A stretch of DNA of 64,000 bases from Candidatus Cloacimonadales bacterium (GCA_963665815.1 OY762463.1:2464001-2528000), one strand, 5' to 3'; shown: positions 31,940-44,039, numbered from the stretch's first letter. Translations and numbers: made by a program. The notes: generated by a model from the sequence alone, not told the origin.

Positions 31940-34900
31940 AGAAATACTTAATATTAATAATAATCATTTTAACAGCTTTCAGTATATTATCAGGAAAATC
32001 ATTCCTTGATAGAAACAGTAGTGTTACATTACTTAAAGCACCGGAACAGTCTAAAAAGTTCAAAATGGAACAGCCTGACTCCCTGTTTTTCCTTTCTCAA
32101 TATGATATTATCAGAGCAAATGACAAACCAGAGTTAAAAACTCATCACGATAAAAAAAGTAAAACCGTAACATTACAACTCTATGTTCGAGATATTCCAA
32201 TATCAGATCCTGTTGTAATGACATATACAGAATATTACAATTTTGTTTTCTCAAAAGAATATGATGAAATACTCAATTCAAAAGTAATGACTCTTCTCAG
32301 AATGAAAGACCGGGATTCAGGTTCAGGTATTTTCAAAGAGTTCAGGATAAAATTGCCGAAAGTTGCTCTTCCAAAGCCAATTAAACTGCTTATGGGTGAT
32401 GAAGCTGCAAGATTCAGTGTTGAAGGTTCACAAAAATTAACCCTATCTTATGAAAACGTAAAAAACGATATCCCAAGTTCAACAAATGCAACTGACAGTA
32501 ATTTTGAAATGCGTCAGGACCTGAATTTACAGCTTAAAGGTAAAATCGGGAGAAAAATACATCTCAATATTACTCACCAGTCAACTTCCGGGCAGTCTCT
32601 GAGTGATCCCAATAAAGTGGATATCAAATATGTAGGTGACGAAGATGAAGTTGTTAAATCCATAGAAGCCGGGGATATAGGTCTATCTCTCGGTGGATCA
32701 CAATATATCAGTTATTCTGCAAACTCTAAAGGTTTGTTTGGTGTTAAAGTAGATATGGTTTTCGGAAACCTGAAGTTAAAGACTATCATGGGTACTGAGG
32801 AAGGTCAGAAAGGATCAACCAGTAAAAATGATAATTCTGACTCACTCTCTAACACTGTACATTCAAAGAATTTCAGTCAGAGATTCTTCTGTATTGAAGA
32901 TCCTCGTGAATTGTATGATTTGATTCAGGTGAGTGAAGATGATTACGGACAAATACCCTCATCCTGGAACAACAACGCTGTTAAATTAGTAAACAACGGT
33001 GACTGGGTAATTGAAAACCCGAGTATGCTTCCTTCTGCTAACTACTTTCATGTTTACATAGATGATACTTATGATCAGCAGGATAACCTGAAAACAGACG
33101 GTAGATCAATTGATCCCACTGATACAAAAGAATATAGATTTAAACAGCTTGAATCCGGATCTGACTTTCTGGTAGATTATGATACCGGTATTATACAGTT
33201 TTTCTCAGATGTTAACAACAATCAGGCTATAGGTATTGTGTATCAGCGTGCAAATGGAGAAATGATAGGTGATGACAGTAATCAGGACCTTATCCATGCA
33301 AAAATAATCAAGAAAACTAATCAGAGTTCTACTGATACGACATGGAAATACAAGATGCGTAACATTTATACGCTCAGTCAGACTCAGAACATGAAGGATG
33401 AAGACTTTTTTATTGAGATATATCAGGGAAACACTGAGGATGGTACAAGAGAAATCTACATTGAGCATGAAGGGCTTAATATTGAAATGACCTATAATGA
33501 CTATCTTCGTCTTGATACTTCCGGTGATGACAAGTATGACAGCCAGGACGGAACAATTAATTTTGAAGCCGGTTATGTTATATTCCCTATGCTTGAGCCT
33601 TTTGCATATTTCGAAGAAGATGATTTTTATCAAACAAAAAATATCACAGATTATAACGTTGAAATCCATACAATAGGTTCAAGTCCGGTTGGAGATATTG
33701 ATCTTAACCAGTTGAACATTATACGGGGAAGTGTAGTTGTAACAGTAAACGGTGAGACAATGGTTGAGAACAAAGACTATACCGTAGATTATGATTTTGG
33801 TTCTGTGAAATTAATTTCTCCCCGGACAAAAGTGGCAAACTCAAAAGTTAAAGTTGATTTCGAGTATGTTCCCATGTTTGCTGTTAAGTCAAAAACAATT
33901 CTGGGATTACGTGCTGACTATAAAGTAAATGATTATACAAACTTTGGTTCTACGCTAATATATCACTCTGAGTCAATGAAAGAAGATCGACCCAAGATCG
34001 GTCATGAGAATAAGATTCAGATTATGGGTGATATCGACGGTGAGTTCAAGATAAAACCTTATTTTATCACAGAAGCTCTGGATTGGCTTCCTCTTATAAA
34101 GACAGATGAAGAATCGGAAATCAGTGTTTCCGGAGAAGTAGCTTTTAATGCACCAAAACTATACGGTAAGGATGATAAAAAAGATGATCCGGAAGCATAT
34201 GTAGATGATATGGAGTCGATCATAGACTCATATTCACTTGGAACAAGCTCAGCCACCTGGTCTCCTTCAAGTCTGCCATATCTTCATCATGGTCTGCAGG
34301 CAAAATGGTTTAACTGGCACCAGAACTCTGATGTAAAATCTGTAGTTGTCTATGGTGAAAACATTCCGGAAGATGAAAAAGCAGAAACAGTTACAATGCT
34401 GAAATGTCAACTTGTACCGAAGGAAGTAAATACTCAGGGTGTTGAGAGCAAATCCTGGGGTGGTATAATGAAATTCATAGGTACGGATGTAGATTTCTCA
34501 GAGAAGAAATACATTGAAGTATTGTTAAATGTTGATGGTGATAAATCATCCGTAATTCACGTAGATATGGGTAGAATAAATGAGGATTTCTACACTGACA
34601 ATAATGGCTGGGGAGTTCTCAATGAAGAAGACGGTAAAAATGATGGTACTAAAGACGGTATTCTCGACTTTACCGAGGACACCGGTCTGGATATGATCCC
34701 TGAAGGTGATTATGGTGATGACAGATATGACAATTACTCTAATAGCGAGAAAACTTCAATAAACGGAGTCAACCTGTCTCAGGAGTATGATCTGAGGTAT
34801 CCTCTTATAAACAAAACGGAAGGTAATGGATCACTGGATTCAGAGGACCTTGACAGCAATAACAGTCTTGATATGAATAATAATTACTTTGAATTCACAT

Positions 34901-37900
34901 TCTCATATGATGACCCTAAGTACCTTGTAAGTGAATTCAAGTATAAAACCAATCCCGAGTATAGATTATTCAGAATCCCTATTGAAGATGTTAACTATGA
35001 GATAATGTCTGATTCTAATATTAATCCCAGTCTTGAAGAAATCAGTTATGCCAGAATATGGTTTGAATCGTCCAAACGAACTGATTTCAATATTGTGACA
35101 ATGGATATTGTTGGTAACAAATGGGAAGAAATGGTTATCAGAGATACAAGTAATATTCCTATATCAGAAATTGAACTGAAGAATTCCAATGAAAGTTTTG
35201 TATCAGGTGTACTGAATACAAAAAACGATGTTTATCGTTATTCTGCTCCTCCTGGAACAAAAGAGGAAGATGCACATGAACAGGCTGTATATATGGATTT
35301 CAATAATATATCTCCTGGACATTATGCTATTCTCAGACAGGAATTCTACAACGCAATTAACTTCCTGAATTATGAAGAACTCCGTATGTTTGTGTATCTC
35401 GAAAAAGATGAGACCTTAAGTCCATACAGTGATTCTCTGGATTTTGTCTTCAGAATCGGTGCGGATACAACAAGTTATTATGAGTACGGAATCAGAATTG
35501 CACCGGAAGAACAGAATCTCGATGTAAATAACGAAGCACTGAATTGGAAAGAATATATTATACCTTTCAATCAGCTTACAAAACTGAAAAATTTCGTAGA
35601 TATTGAATCTGATCCAATTGATTCAACCTTCTATAACAATAATATTAAAGGCCGAATCAGCCTGAAAAAACGTAATACTCCAACTTTAACTAACATAAAG
35701 AATATCTATATAGGCATAAAAGTACCTGAAGAGAGCTCTGAATTCTCAGGTAGACTGATTGTCGATGAAATTCGGGTTGGAAAGCCGTTTAATGATATTG
35801 GATATGCAGCGAGAGCTACTGTCAAAACCAAATTAGCAGATGTAATGAGTGTTGACTTTGACCTTGACAGACAGACACCAAACTTTTACCAGATAAGAAA
35901 TGTGAGTGCTAATGCTACCCAGAGACAAATGCAGGAGCAATACACTGCAACAACATCTTCTATCAGCTCTACTCTGAATCTGCATAAATTTACACCTTAT
36001 GACTGGGGATTGAAAATTCCTATAAAAGCTTCTCAAAACAATACCTCAACAACACCTAAGTTTAAGTCTTCATCAGACGTTCTTTATGAAGACTTATCTG
36101 ACAAGGAAAAGGACAGACAGAGAACTACGAGACAAACCAGAAAGCTTTCAGCGAGCTTCTCTCAATCAAATATTGCAAATAATCCAATATTGAAATATTC
36201 ACTTAGTGCTTTAACCTTTAACGGAAGCATAACGGAAGAAAAGATTAAACTCTCCAATAAGCGAGATACGGTTCTGTCATATTCAGAAGATTTTAAATAC
36301 AATATTACTCTACCAAAAGATAAACTTAATCTTGAGCTCTGGAAAGATTATAAGTTTTATTATCTACCGCAAAGTTTTAAGAACTCAGTTGTCTTCAAGG
36401 CTAAATCGGGACGATATTACAGGTATGATACTAATGACAAACAATTTGAAGTTAATCCTTCCGGGGCAAAACCGACAAGAGCTCTGGATCATGTACACAG
36501 TGTAGATTATCAGATATTCTCAGACTTCACAACAGGTTATGATCTTACTATTTCCAGAGATCTTAAACTCAAAAAATACAGAAATGGGGTTAATGTCGGT
36601 ACTCCTAAGAAAAGAATACAGAACATTGAATTAAGCTACAGCCCAACATATTTTGATAAATACTTCACTATTTCCACGTCTTATGATATTGGTTATGATG
36701 AAAAAGCAACATATACTGCAAGCGATGATAAATTCCAGTATACTTATTCCATAGATAAGGATTTTACTCTGAATTCAACATTTAAAAACAGAGAAATACT
36801 TAATAAAATCTGGGATAAAACAGGCTGGAATAAGTATGATGATTTTTCAATTATTCCGGAACGTAAAGAAGACGGCAAAATGAATATGGATAATGAAAAA
36901 TTCGCAGGATTATCCGATGAAGAGAAGAACAAATTCGAAGTAGAAATGAGGGAAAAGTTCTCCGGTAAAGATCATACTGATGAAGAAATGGATAAATTCC
37001 TGCAGGAAAAAGGGTTGTCTAAAGAAGAATATCTGGAAGAAAAGAAAGAAATAGAAAGTAAAAAATCAGGGGATTCAAAAAAAGAAGAAAAGACAAAGAA
37101 ATCTGACAGTAGCGGTGCAAGATTTAATCCGATTTCATTTGCATTCTCAAGACTGCTTTATATTCACGATGTTACGACTACTTTCTCAACTGATTACAGA
37201 AACGGATATAACAGAGTAGACTCTCTACCCGGAAATGACTACATGTTCGGTATAAGAAAATATGCCGCTATTGAAGATGGTTTTAACAGCGAAGTTCAGG
37301 GATATTCATTGAATTTTGGCAGCGGTTATCTTGTCACAAAAACTCTTGATACGGATATCGATTATACTTACTCATATTCTGAATCGTTCTCACAGAGTGG
37401 ACCAGGTAAGTACAACGAAAGAATTACTTTCCCAAGCCTGAGAACAAGCTATAGAAATATTCATGAATTCTTTGTTTTCAAGCCTTTCCTTGGATCAGTA
37501 ATGTCTTCTTCATCAATCAGTTCATCATTTTCACTGAGCAGAGAGGAAACCGGAGATATTCCTCGAGATGATGTCGACACCAATTCAGAGAATACAACTT
37601 TGATAACCTCAAAAGCAATTGATGCAGAGTCTGAAACAATATCATTCCAACCACTGATATCCTTTAACGGAACAATCAGAAAATATAATCTCGATACATC
37701 TTTATCGTATAATACCAGTTCTACAGAAAGAACATCCTATAGTAATAATGGTGGGGAAATCAACGTTAATACTATCAGGGAAACTAATACTAACGGATTC
37801 TCTGCGAGTCTTAATCACAGAATGACAAGAGCTAAAGGTATTTATATACCGCTTCTGAAAAAGAGACTTAGATTTAAGAACGAATTTACAACAAACATAA

Positions 37901-38124
37901 ATGCCAGCTGGGAAGAAAGTAAAACAGAAAACACCGATAAATATGATGTCAAATCACTTGAGAGTCATACTCAGAAACTTACATTCTCTCTCGGAGGCTC
38001 CTACGAATTCCACAGAAACATCAATGGTGGTTCTTCTGTGCAGTGGTCCAGCAACAAAAACCTCAAGAAGAAAACAGAAATTCGCAGTTTGACATTCGAA
38101 GTATGGGTAGAAATCCTGTTCTAA
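31936..38124 (+). CDS. sprA: SprA/Sov-like large outer-membrane protein (T9SS translocon homologue)
   Basis: 2062 aa with a signal peptide. Motifs YVGDEDEVVKSIEAGD, KGLFGVK, DYTVDYDFG, AYVDDME and SWGGIM; beta-rich C-terminus ending in F. Confidence 0.85.
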   Translation: MKKYLILIIIILTAFSILSGKSFLDRNSSVTLLKAPEQSKKFKMEQPDSLFFLSQYDIIRANDKPELKTHHDKKSKTVTLQLYVRDIPISDPVVMTYTEYYNFVFSKEYDEILNSKVMTLLRMKDRDSGSGIFKEFRIKLPKVALPKPIKLLMGDEAARFSVEGSQKLTLSYENVKNDIPSSTNATDSNFEMRQDLNLQLKGKIGRKIHLNITHQSTSGQSLSDPNKVDIKYVGDEDEVVKSIEAGDIGLSLGGSQYISYSANSKGLFGVKVDMVFGNLKLKTIMGTEEGQKGSTSKNDNSDSLSNTVHSKNFSQRFFCIEDPRELYDLIQVSEDDYGQIPSSWNNNAVKLVNNGDWVIENPSMLPSANYFHVYIDDTYDQQDNLKTDGRSIDPTDTKEYRFKQLESGSDFLVDYDTGIIQFFSDVNNNQAIGIVYQRANGEMIGDDSNQDLIHAKIIKKTNQSSTDTTWKYKMRNIYTLSQTQNMKDEDFFIEIYQGNTEDGTREIYIEHEGLNIEMTYNDYLRLDTSGDDKYDSQDGTINFEAGYVIFPMLEPFAYFEEDDFYQTKNITDYNVEIHTIGSSPVGDIDLNQLNIIRGSVVVTVNGETMVENKDYTVDYDFGSVKLISPRTKVANSKVKVDFEYVPMFAVKSKTILGLRADYKVNDYTNFGSTLIYHSESMKEDRPKIGHENKIQIMGDIDGEFKIKPYFITEALDWLPLIKTDEESEISVSGEVAFNAPKLYGKDDKKDDPEAYVDDMESIIDSYSLGTSSATWSPSSLPYLHHGLQAKWFNWHQNSDVKSVVVYGENIPEDEKAETVTMLKCQLVPKEVNTQGVESKSWGGIMKFIGTDVDFSEKKYIEVLLNVDGDKSSVIHVDMGRINEDFYTDNNGWGVLNEEDGKNDGTKDGILDFTEDTGLDMIPEGDYGDDRYDNYSNSEKTSINGVNLSQEYDLRYPLINKTEGNGSLDSEDLDSNNSLDMNNNYFEFTFSYDDPKYLVSEFKYKTNPEYRLFRIPIEDVNYEIMSDSNINPSLEEISYARIWFESSKRTDFNIVTMDIVGNKWEEMVIRDTSNIPISEIELKNSNESFVSGVLNTKNDVYRYSAPPGTKEEDAHEQAVYMDFNNISPGHYAILRQEFYNAINFLNYEELRMFVYLEKDETLSPYSDSLDFVFRIGADTTSYYEYGIRIAPEEQNLDVNNEALNWKEYIIPFNQLTKLKNFVDIESDPIDSTFYNNNIKGRISLKKRNTPTLTNIKNIYIGIKVPEESSEFSGRLIVDEIRVGKPFNDIGYAARATVKTKLADVMSVDFDLDRQTPNFYQIRNVSANATQRQMQEQYTATTSSISSTLNLHKFTPYDWGLKIPIKASQNNTSTTPKFKSSSDVLYEDLSDKEKDRQRTTRQTRKLSASFSQSNIANNPILKYSLSALTFNGSITEEKIKLSNKRDTVLSYSEDFKYNITLPKDKLNLELWKDYKFYYLPQSFKNSVVFKAKSGRYYRYDTNDKQFEVNPSGAKPTRALDHVHSVDYQIFSDFTTGYDLTISRDLKLKKYRNGVNVGTPKKRIQNIELSYSPTYFDKYFTISTSYDIGYDEKATYTASDDKFQYTYSIDKDFTLNSTFKNREILNKIWDKTGWNKYDDFSIIPERKEDGKMNMDNEKFAGLSDEEKNKFEVEMREKFSGKDHTDEEMDKFLQEKGLSKEEYLEEKKEIESKKSGDSKKEEKTKKSDSSGARFNPISFAFSRLLYIHDVTTTFSTDYRNGYNRVDSLPGNDYMFGIRKYAAIEDGFNSEVQGYSLNFGSGYLVTKTLDTDIDYTYSYSESFSQSGPGKYNERITFPSLRTSYRNIHEFFVFKPFLGSVMSSSSISSSFSLSREETGDIPRDDVDTNSENTTLITSKAIDAESETISFQPLISFNGTIRKYNLDTSLSYNTSSTERTSYSNNGGEINVNTIRETNTNGFSASLNHRMTRAKGIYIPLLKKRLRFKNEFTTNINASWEESKTENTDKYDVKSLESHTQKLTFSLGGSYEFHRNINGGSSVQWSSNKNLKKKTEIRSLTFEVWVEILF

Positions 38125-38175
38125 CCATACATAAAATTTGTAAGTAACTATTTATATAACTACACTGAGAGTATT

Positions 38176-38790
38176 ATGAATATAAACAGACTGAAAATAG
38201 CCGAAGATAAATTCATGACACGTTATCCTGAAGGATTCCTGTCACCTGAGATGATTGAGATGGGTAAAAAGTACAAAATGCCTCAGACTGTAGCCTTTGC
38301 CAAAACACATTTTTCCGAAGACAAGTTTGATTTCCCTGGAATTATTCTGGAACAGATGATAAGACTCGTCAGCAGATCTTCCATGATTTCTGTATTCGAA
38401 AAGCCGAAGTACCGTGATTATGTCAGGAGTCTGGAAGCTCAGGATAAGTATTTTCTGGCTGATTCTCTTTATCAGATGCTTCACGTGAAACAGGAAGTTG
38501 GTTTTAATATGATGCTCAATCTGCTGATAGATGCAAAACTTGCCAAATGGACACTCATGACAGTCTTTGGAGCATATTATAATTCTGATTACGATATTTT
38601 TATCAAGCCCACAACTACCAAAAAAGTACTTTCTCACTTTGAAATTGATGACATTAAGTATAAACCAAGACCAAGCTATGAATTCTATTGCAGATACAGA
38701 GATTACATTAATGAGATGAAAACAAGAGTTAATCCGTCTCTATCGCCCAATAACGCAGCTTTTCTCGGTTTCCTTATGATGTCGTGTTAA
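38176..38790 (+). CDS. hypothetical protein
   Basis: 204-aa ORF with protein-like composition; no function recognised. Confidence 0.75.
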   Translation: MNINRLKIAEDKFMTRYPEGFLSPEMIEMGKKYKMPQTVAFAKTHFSEDKFDFPGIILEQMIRLVSRSSMISVFEKPKYRDYVRSLEAQDKYFLADSLYQMLHVKQEVGFNMMLNLLIDAKLAKWTLMTVFGAYYNSDYDIFIKPTTTKKVLSHFEIDDIKYKPRPSYEFYCRYRDYINEMKTRVNPSLSPNNAAFLGFLMMSC

Positions 38791-40160
38791 CTATTACTTA
38801 AAGCTTCTTTCTTTTGAATCATCTCGGCACAATTTTTAAGACTTTTTCTTATCATAAACATTGCAATAATACATGCCAGCAAATCTGCAACAGGTGTTGC
38901 AATCCAGACTCCGTTTAACTGCAGAAACCTTGGAAAGATAAACAGAGCAGGTAAAAAGAAAATTACTTTTCTCAGCATATTCAACAAAATCGCTTCTTTA
39001 GGTTTGTTTACCGCTTGGTAGTACATTGTAGCCATCATATGCAGACCAACAAATGGCAGCATGGAAAGGAATATTTTCAAACCTGTTGATCCAATAGATA
39101 TCAGAGCTGCATCACCCTTACTGAACATCGAAATGAGTAACCCCGGGAAAATCATTATAAAAGCAAATCCCGAGATTGAAATGACTAATGAATATACAAA
39201 AGATACTTTGATACTCTCAATTACACGTCTATGTAAACCGGCCCCGAAATTGTATCCAATTATTGGTTGTCCAGCCATCATAATGCTTCTTAGTGGTGTC
39301 TCAACAATCATAAAAATACTCTGAATAGCTCCAAGAGCTCCTACAGCAAGGACTCCGCCATACTCTACAAGGTGCCTGTTGAGGAACACAGATACCATTG
39401 ATGTGGCAAGCATCATGGAAAATGGAGCCAGACCGATAATAATAACCGGTTTCACTATTCCCCAGACAGGTTTCAGATCTGAAAAGTGAACTGTTAAATG
39501 TCGACTTTTACCTGCTCTGAAATGCCAGAAAACCCAGCATGCTGTAAATAATCTTGATAATCCGGTAGCAAGGGCAATCCCGGAAACACCCCATTTAAAC
39601 ACAAATAGAAAAAGTGGATCAAGAATGATATTCATTATTGCACCTGATGCAGCAATAACCATGGCAAGACGAGGATTACCTTCTGCTCTGATACAACCAT
39701 TGGTCCCCATAGCTAGAAAATCAAACATCATGAATGGAAGGAACCATGTCATATATTGAGTAGCGTATGGCATGGTAACAGCATCTGCTCCTACAATTTT
39801 CAGTAATGGTTCTAGAAATGTCAGTGCTATAATTGATACTAATACTCCAATTATACTAAAAAGTCCGAATGTATTGCCAAGAGTTTTCTCGGCCTTATCT
39901 CTTTTTTTCTCTCCAAGCCTGATAGAAATAATTGCTGATGATCCGGTTCCGAGTAGAACTCCAAGAGCTATGGACAAGATAAATATCGGGAAAGTAATTG
40001 TAACTCCCGCAAGTGCATCTGTACCGAGGGCTTTGCCTATATATATTCTGTCGACAATATTGTACAGAGCATGAACTGTTGATGCTATAATTGTTGGAAT
40101 GGAAAAAGCCAAAAGCAGCTTCCAAACTGATCTTGTTTCCATTTGCTTAAGATGTTCCAT
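38787..40160 (-). CDS. MATE family efflux transporter (MepA-like)
   Basis: ALYNIVDRIYIG, NIILDPLF, QPIIGYNFGA and about 12 TM segments. Confidence 0.93.
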   Translation of the reverse strand: MEHLKQMETRSVWKLLLAFSIPTIIASTVHALYNIVDRIYIGKALGTDALAGVTITFPIFILSIALGVLLGTGSSAIISIRLGEKKRDKAEKTLGNTFGLFSIIGVLVSIIALTFLEPLLKIVGADAVTMPYATQYMTWFLPFMMFDFLAMGTNGCIRAEGNPRLAMVIAASGAIMNIILDPLFLFVFKWGVSGIALATGLSRLFTACWVFWHFRAGKSRHLTVHFSDLKPVWGIVKPVIIIGLAPFSMMLATSMVSVFLNRHLVEYGGVLAVGALGAIQSIFMIVETPLRSIMMAGQPIIGYNFGAGLHRRVIESIKVSFVYSLVISISGFAFIMIFPGLLISMFSKGDAALISIGSTGLKIFLSMLPFVGLHMMATMYYQAVNKPKEAILLNMLRKVIFFLPALFIFPRFLQLNGVWIATPVADLLACIIAMFMIRKSLKNCAEMIQKKEALSNS

Positions 40161-40725
40161 TTTGTAATCCTTTTAAAACAAAATTGATCATTTGACTGAG
40201 TTCCAGAGGTTGAACTCCTTCAGGTCGATGCATTCTGCCAATTATAAGATCTACGATTATGCATGCTACCTGTTCGGAAGAAAGATCAGACTCAATTGAG
40301 CCATCAGAGAAACCGGATTGAATAATATTCCCGATTTCATTTATAATTCTGATTCTATGCTGCCTGAATCTATTCTTACTATCCTCATCTTTCCTGTTCA
40401 TAAGAATCTGCTGCTGATTCATAACCTGCATTACAATATGCCGCTCAGAGAAAAGCATTTCCAGCCTGGATATCAAGTACCGAAACTTATCTCTGAATGT
40501 CATCTGTTTCTCATTAATGGAATTTACTTCCTGAGCCAGTTCTTCTGATCCATTCAGGAAAAACTCAAAGAAAAGGTCTTCCTTATCCTTAAAATATCTG
40601 TATATTGTTCCTTTTCCGACTCCGGCAGCAATTGCAATCGACTCCATGGTTACTTCACTATATCTTTTATTTTTAATAATATCTTCCATAGCTTTCATTA
40701 TTAATGATCTTTTTTCTGGTTTCAT
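40147..40725 (-). CDS. TetR/AcrR family regulator
   Basis: HTH motif IAIAAGVGKGTIYRYFKDKEDLF; overlaps the MATE start. Confidence 0.93.
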   Translation of the reverse strand: MKPEKRSLIMKAMEDIIKNKRYSEVTMESIAIAAGVGKGTIYRYFKDKEDLFFEFFLNGSEELAQEVNSINEKQMTFRDKFRYLISRLEMLFSERHIVMQVMNQQQILMNRKDEDSKNRFRQHRIRIINEIGNIIQSGFSDGSIESDLSSEQVACIIVDLIIGRMHRPEGVQPLELSQMINFVLKGLQNGTS

Positions 40726-40744
40726 AAATATTCTCCAAATTAAT

Positions 40745-40758
40745 ACTGACCGGTCAGT
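40745..40758. promoter_or_regulatory. probable TetR operator
   Basis: Perfect 14-bp palindrome ACTGACCGGTCAGT, 20 bp upstream of tetR and just downstream of a minus-strand TTGACA (40784-40779). Confidence 0.75.
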
Positions 40759-40975
40759 TCTATTTTCTGAATATTTACTGTCAAATGTTATTCCTGTTTT
40801 TTTTGAAACAAGGTTCCAGTCAGGAATAGCAGCTTATGAGGAACCCTCAAATTCGAAAGAAAAAACCTTGCTTAAATAGTTTTTTAAGTTTATTTTGTTA
40901 TTGCGTTGGTTTGGCTTTACTATAAATAAAAATCAAATTTGCTATTTATTTCTAATAAAATTTCCAGAGGAGAAT

Positions 40976-43900
40976 ATGAAAGAAAAATCTATTGCTTTTA
41001 AAATTGGTTTAAGCCTCGCCCTCAGCGTAGTTCTTGTACTATCAGGTTTGGGTATTTATAATTATTTTTCAACGAAAAATCAATTATACAATCAATTGAA
41101 TAATGATATTGAGCAAATTACTGAACGATTAGCGTTTTTGCTTACTACCCCTGTATGGAACTTCAATACTGAAGAGGCTGATGTTATAGTAAAAATAGAA
41201 ATGAAAAACAATGATGTCTTTGGAGTTGTGATTAAGGAGTCATCAGGCAATGTTTTTCTTAATCGGAGCAGAGACGATAAATGGGGAGTTGCCGAAGATG
41301 AAGTAGATACAAAGAAATCTTATACAACACTTCAGAAAGATATAGTCAGGGATGGAAACACAATTGGGTATGTTGATGTATACTTTGTTGATAAATTTAT
41401 TAAAGAACATCTGAATTCCGTACTTTTTGGTGTAATTTTGAATGTTCTGGTTACAGCAGTAATCCTCATTATTATATTACAGGTAGGAATTAAGAAACTG
41501 GTTCTTGATCCTATCAGTTATGTTTCAGATCATGTCGGCAAGATAAGAGATGAAGTTTTAAATGGAAATCTCAGTATCAGAGGTACTCCGGAAGATGTTG
41601 ACACGGATTTCAGACCCATCATTAATCAAGCTAATGAGCTGATTGAAGCATTTGTAACCCCTATAACCCTGACCAACGAATATATAGATAATCTTTCCAA
41701 AGGGAACTTACCTGAGAAAATAACTGCAGACTATTCCGGTGACTTTGATAAACTTAAAAACAATATTAATATTTTTATTGATACTCTATCTAATTTTATC
41801 AATGAAATGGAGACCATGCGTAACAAACATCAGGCAGGTGATATCGATCACAAAATTGATCCCGGTATCTTTAAAGGAGCCTATAGTAGAATGGCAGAGG
41901 GATTCAATCAGTCTGTTGGTGTACATATAGATGTTATTCTGAAAATACTTGATGTTCTGGAAAAATATGCACAGGGTGAATTTAATGTACAGCTGGAGCA
42001 GCTTCCGGGAAAACTTGCCATAGCAAATAAATCTACAAATCAACTTCATGATAACCTGATAAGTATTACGTCCGATATAAACTCTCTTATCAGTTCTGTC
42101 CGGAATGGAAATCTCAGAACTAAAGGAGAAGCCGGAAAATATTCAGGTGACTGGGCTACACTAATCTCAAGTATTAATGATCTCATAAACAGTTTGGTGG
42201 AACCTCTGCAGATGACTGCTGATTTCCTTGAATCGATCAGCAAAGGTAAAGAATACTCAAAGATTACAGAAGATTACAAGGGAGATTTCAACACAATCAA
42301 GAATAACATTAATAATGTTGTTGGTGTAATTGATAATGTTATCAATATAGTTGAAAATCTCACAAATTCCATTGTTGATGGTAACTTGCAGGCAAGGGGT
42401 GATATTAGCAGTTTCGAAGGAAGATGGAAACAGATTGCCAATGGCATAAACAATATTGTTGATGCATTCATGAAACCGATAAACATGATGACAGAGTATA
42501 TTGATAGAATTGCCGAAGGAAATCTTCCTCCGCTGATAAAAGATGATTACCGTGGTGACTTTGTTCATGTTAAAAACAATTTTAATGCAGCTATTCAGAC
42601 TCTGCTTACAATGACAGAAGAAATGAATAAACTGATAGATAATCAGAAAGAAGGATATCTTAATTACAGGATGAATCCTGATCAGCTCAAAGGTGTTTAC
42701 AAAGGTATTCTTGATGGAGTAAATCAATCTCTCGACAGTATAATTATACCTGTTACAGATGCAATATCATTGCTGGATCAGTATTCTGTCGGAAATATTC
42801 AGCAGGAAATGAGAGATTTACCAGGTGATCAGAAGATGCTGAGCAACAGTATGAATGGTATCCGGTCCAATCTGCGTAAACTCATAGAAGAAATGACGAA
42901 GCTTGTACAGGGAGCAGTAAACGGAGAAATTAACATTCGAGGTAATGTACAGGGATTTTCAGGTGATTTTGCCAAAATCATTGATGGTGTAAACAGAACC
43001 CTGAAGGCTTTTTCAGAACCTATGAAAGATGCAATGAATGTTATGGAGCATATTGCCAATAAAAACCTCAAAGAGCGTGTTACCGGTCATTATAAAGGAG
43101 AATTTGGTATATTCAAGGAAAATATCAATACTGCTACAAAAGATCTGGAAAACGCATTGTTACAGGTTGATTCTGCTGTATACCAGATTCAGGGTGGTTC
43201 AGTTGAAATTTCAAATGGAAGCCAGAATCTGGCTAGCGGGACATCTCGACAGGCCAGTTCTCTCGAGGAAATTTCTGCCAGCCTGGAGGAAATGAATGAG
43301 CTGACAAAAAATGTAGCAGATAATTCCGCACAGGCAAAAAACCTTTCCGAGCAGTCATTAAATTCTGTAATAGAAGGCGAAAAATCCATGCAGGAAATGA
43401 ATACGTCCATGGAAGATATTAATAAATCATCTATTGAAACAGCTAAGATTATCAAGACTATTGATGAAATTGCTTTTCAGACTAATCTTCTGGCTTTGAA
43501 TGCAGCAGTTGAGGCTGCCCATGCCGGAGAAGCAGGAAAAGGTTTTGCTGTTGTAGCTGAAGAAGTTAAAAATCTCGCACTGAGATCTGCCGAAGCTGCT
43601 AAATCAACAGCTGAACTGATCGATACATCTACCAGAAACACAGATAAAGGTATGAAAATTGTTGATGAAGTAGCTAAGTCATTTACTGAGATTAAGCATA
43701 ACTTTGATAAGGTTAATATGATTGTTAATGAAATATCAGCTGCTTCAGATGAACAGTCTCAAGGTATTGATCAGATTAATTCCGGTATTGTTGATTTGAA
43801 TAACCTGACTCAGAAAAACGCTGCCAATGCAGAAGAATTCTCCAGTGCTGCAGAAGAACTGAACAGCCAGGCTGCTGAACTTAAGGGAATGGTAGATGAG

Positions 43901-44017
43901 TTCGATCTTACCAATAAATACTCATCAGGTACTAAGGTAGACAGGAGAGCACCCGAGATAGAGCAGACAAATCAGTATCTCCTGCCCGATAACTCAGATG
44001 ATTTCGGTGATTTCTAA
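40976..44017 (+). CDS. methyl-accepting chemotaxis protein with poly-HAMP array
   Basis: Start MKEKS after GAGGAG, two TM segments, repeated HAMP-like units, and [17 protein letters not shown]...[11 protein letters not shown]. Confidence 0.95.
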   Translation: MKEKSIAFKIGLSLALSVVLVLSGLGIYNYFSTKNQLYNQLNNDIEQITERLAFLLTTPVWNFNTEEADVIVKIEMKNNDVFGVVIKESSGNVFLNRSRDDKWGVAEDEVDTKKSYTTLQKDIVRDGNTIGYVDVYFVDKFIKEHLNSVLFGVILNVLVTAVILIIILQVGIKKLVLDPISYVSDHVGKIRDEVLNGNLSIRGTPEDVDTDFRPIINQANELIEAFVTPITLTNEYIDNLSKGNLPEKITADYSGDFDKLKNNINIFIDTLSNFINEMETMRNKHQAGDIDHKIDPGIFKGAYSRMAEGFNQSVGVHIDVILKILDVLEKYAQGEFNVQLEQLPGKLAIANKSTNQLHDNLISITSDINSLISSVRNGNLRTKGEAGKYSGDWATLISSINDLINSLVEPLQMTADFLESISKGKEYSKITEDYKGDFNTIKNNINNVVGVIDNVINIVENLTNSIVDGNLQARGDISSFEGRWKQIANGINNIVDAFMKPINMMTEYIDRIAEGNLPPLIKDDYRGDFVHVKNNFNAAIQTLLTMTEEMNKLIDNQKEGYLNYRMNPDQLKGVYKGILDGVNQSLDSIIIPVTDAISLLDQYSVGNIQQEMRDLPGDQKMLSNSMNGIRSNLRKLIEEMTKLVQGAVNGEINIRGNVQGFSGDFAKIIDGVNRTLKAFSEPMKDAMNVMEHIANKNLKERVTGHYKGEFGIFKENINTATKDLENALLQVDSAVYQIQGGSVEISNGSQNLASGTSRQASSLEEISASLEEMNELTKNVADNSAQAKNLSEQSLNSVIEGEKSMQEMNTSMEDINKSSIETAKIIKTIDEIAFQTNLLALNAAVEAAHAGEAGKGFAVVAEEVKNLALRSAEAAKSTAELIDTSTRNTDKGMKIVDEVAKSFTEIKHNFDKVNMIVNEISAASDEQSQGIDQINSGIVDLNNLTQKNAANAEEFSSAAEELNSQAAELKGMVDEFDLTNKYSSGTKVDRRAPEIEQTNQYLLPDNSDDFGDF

Positions 44018-44039
44018 AATCAGAAAATAGATTACTAAC

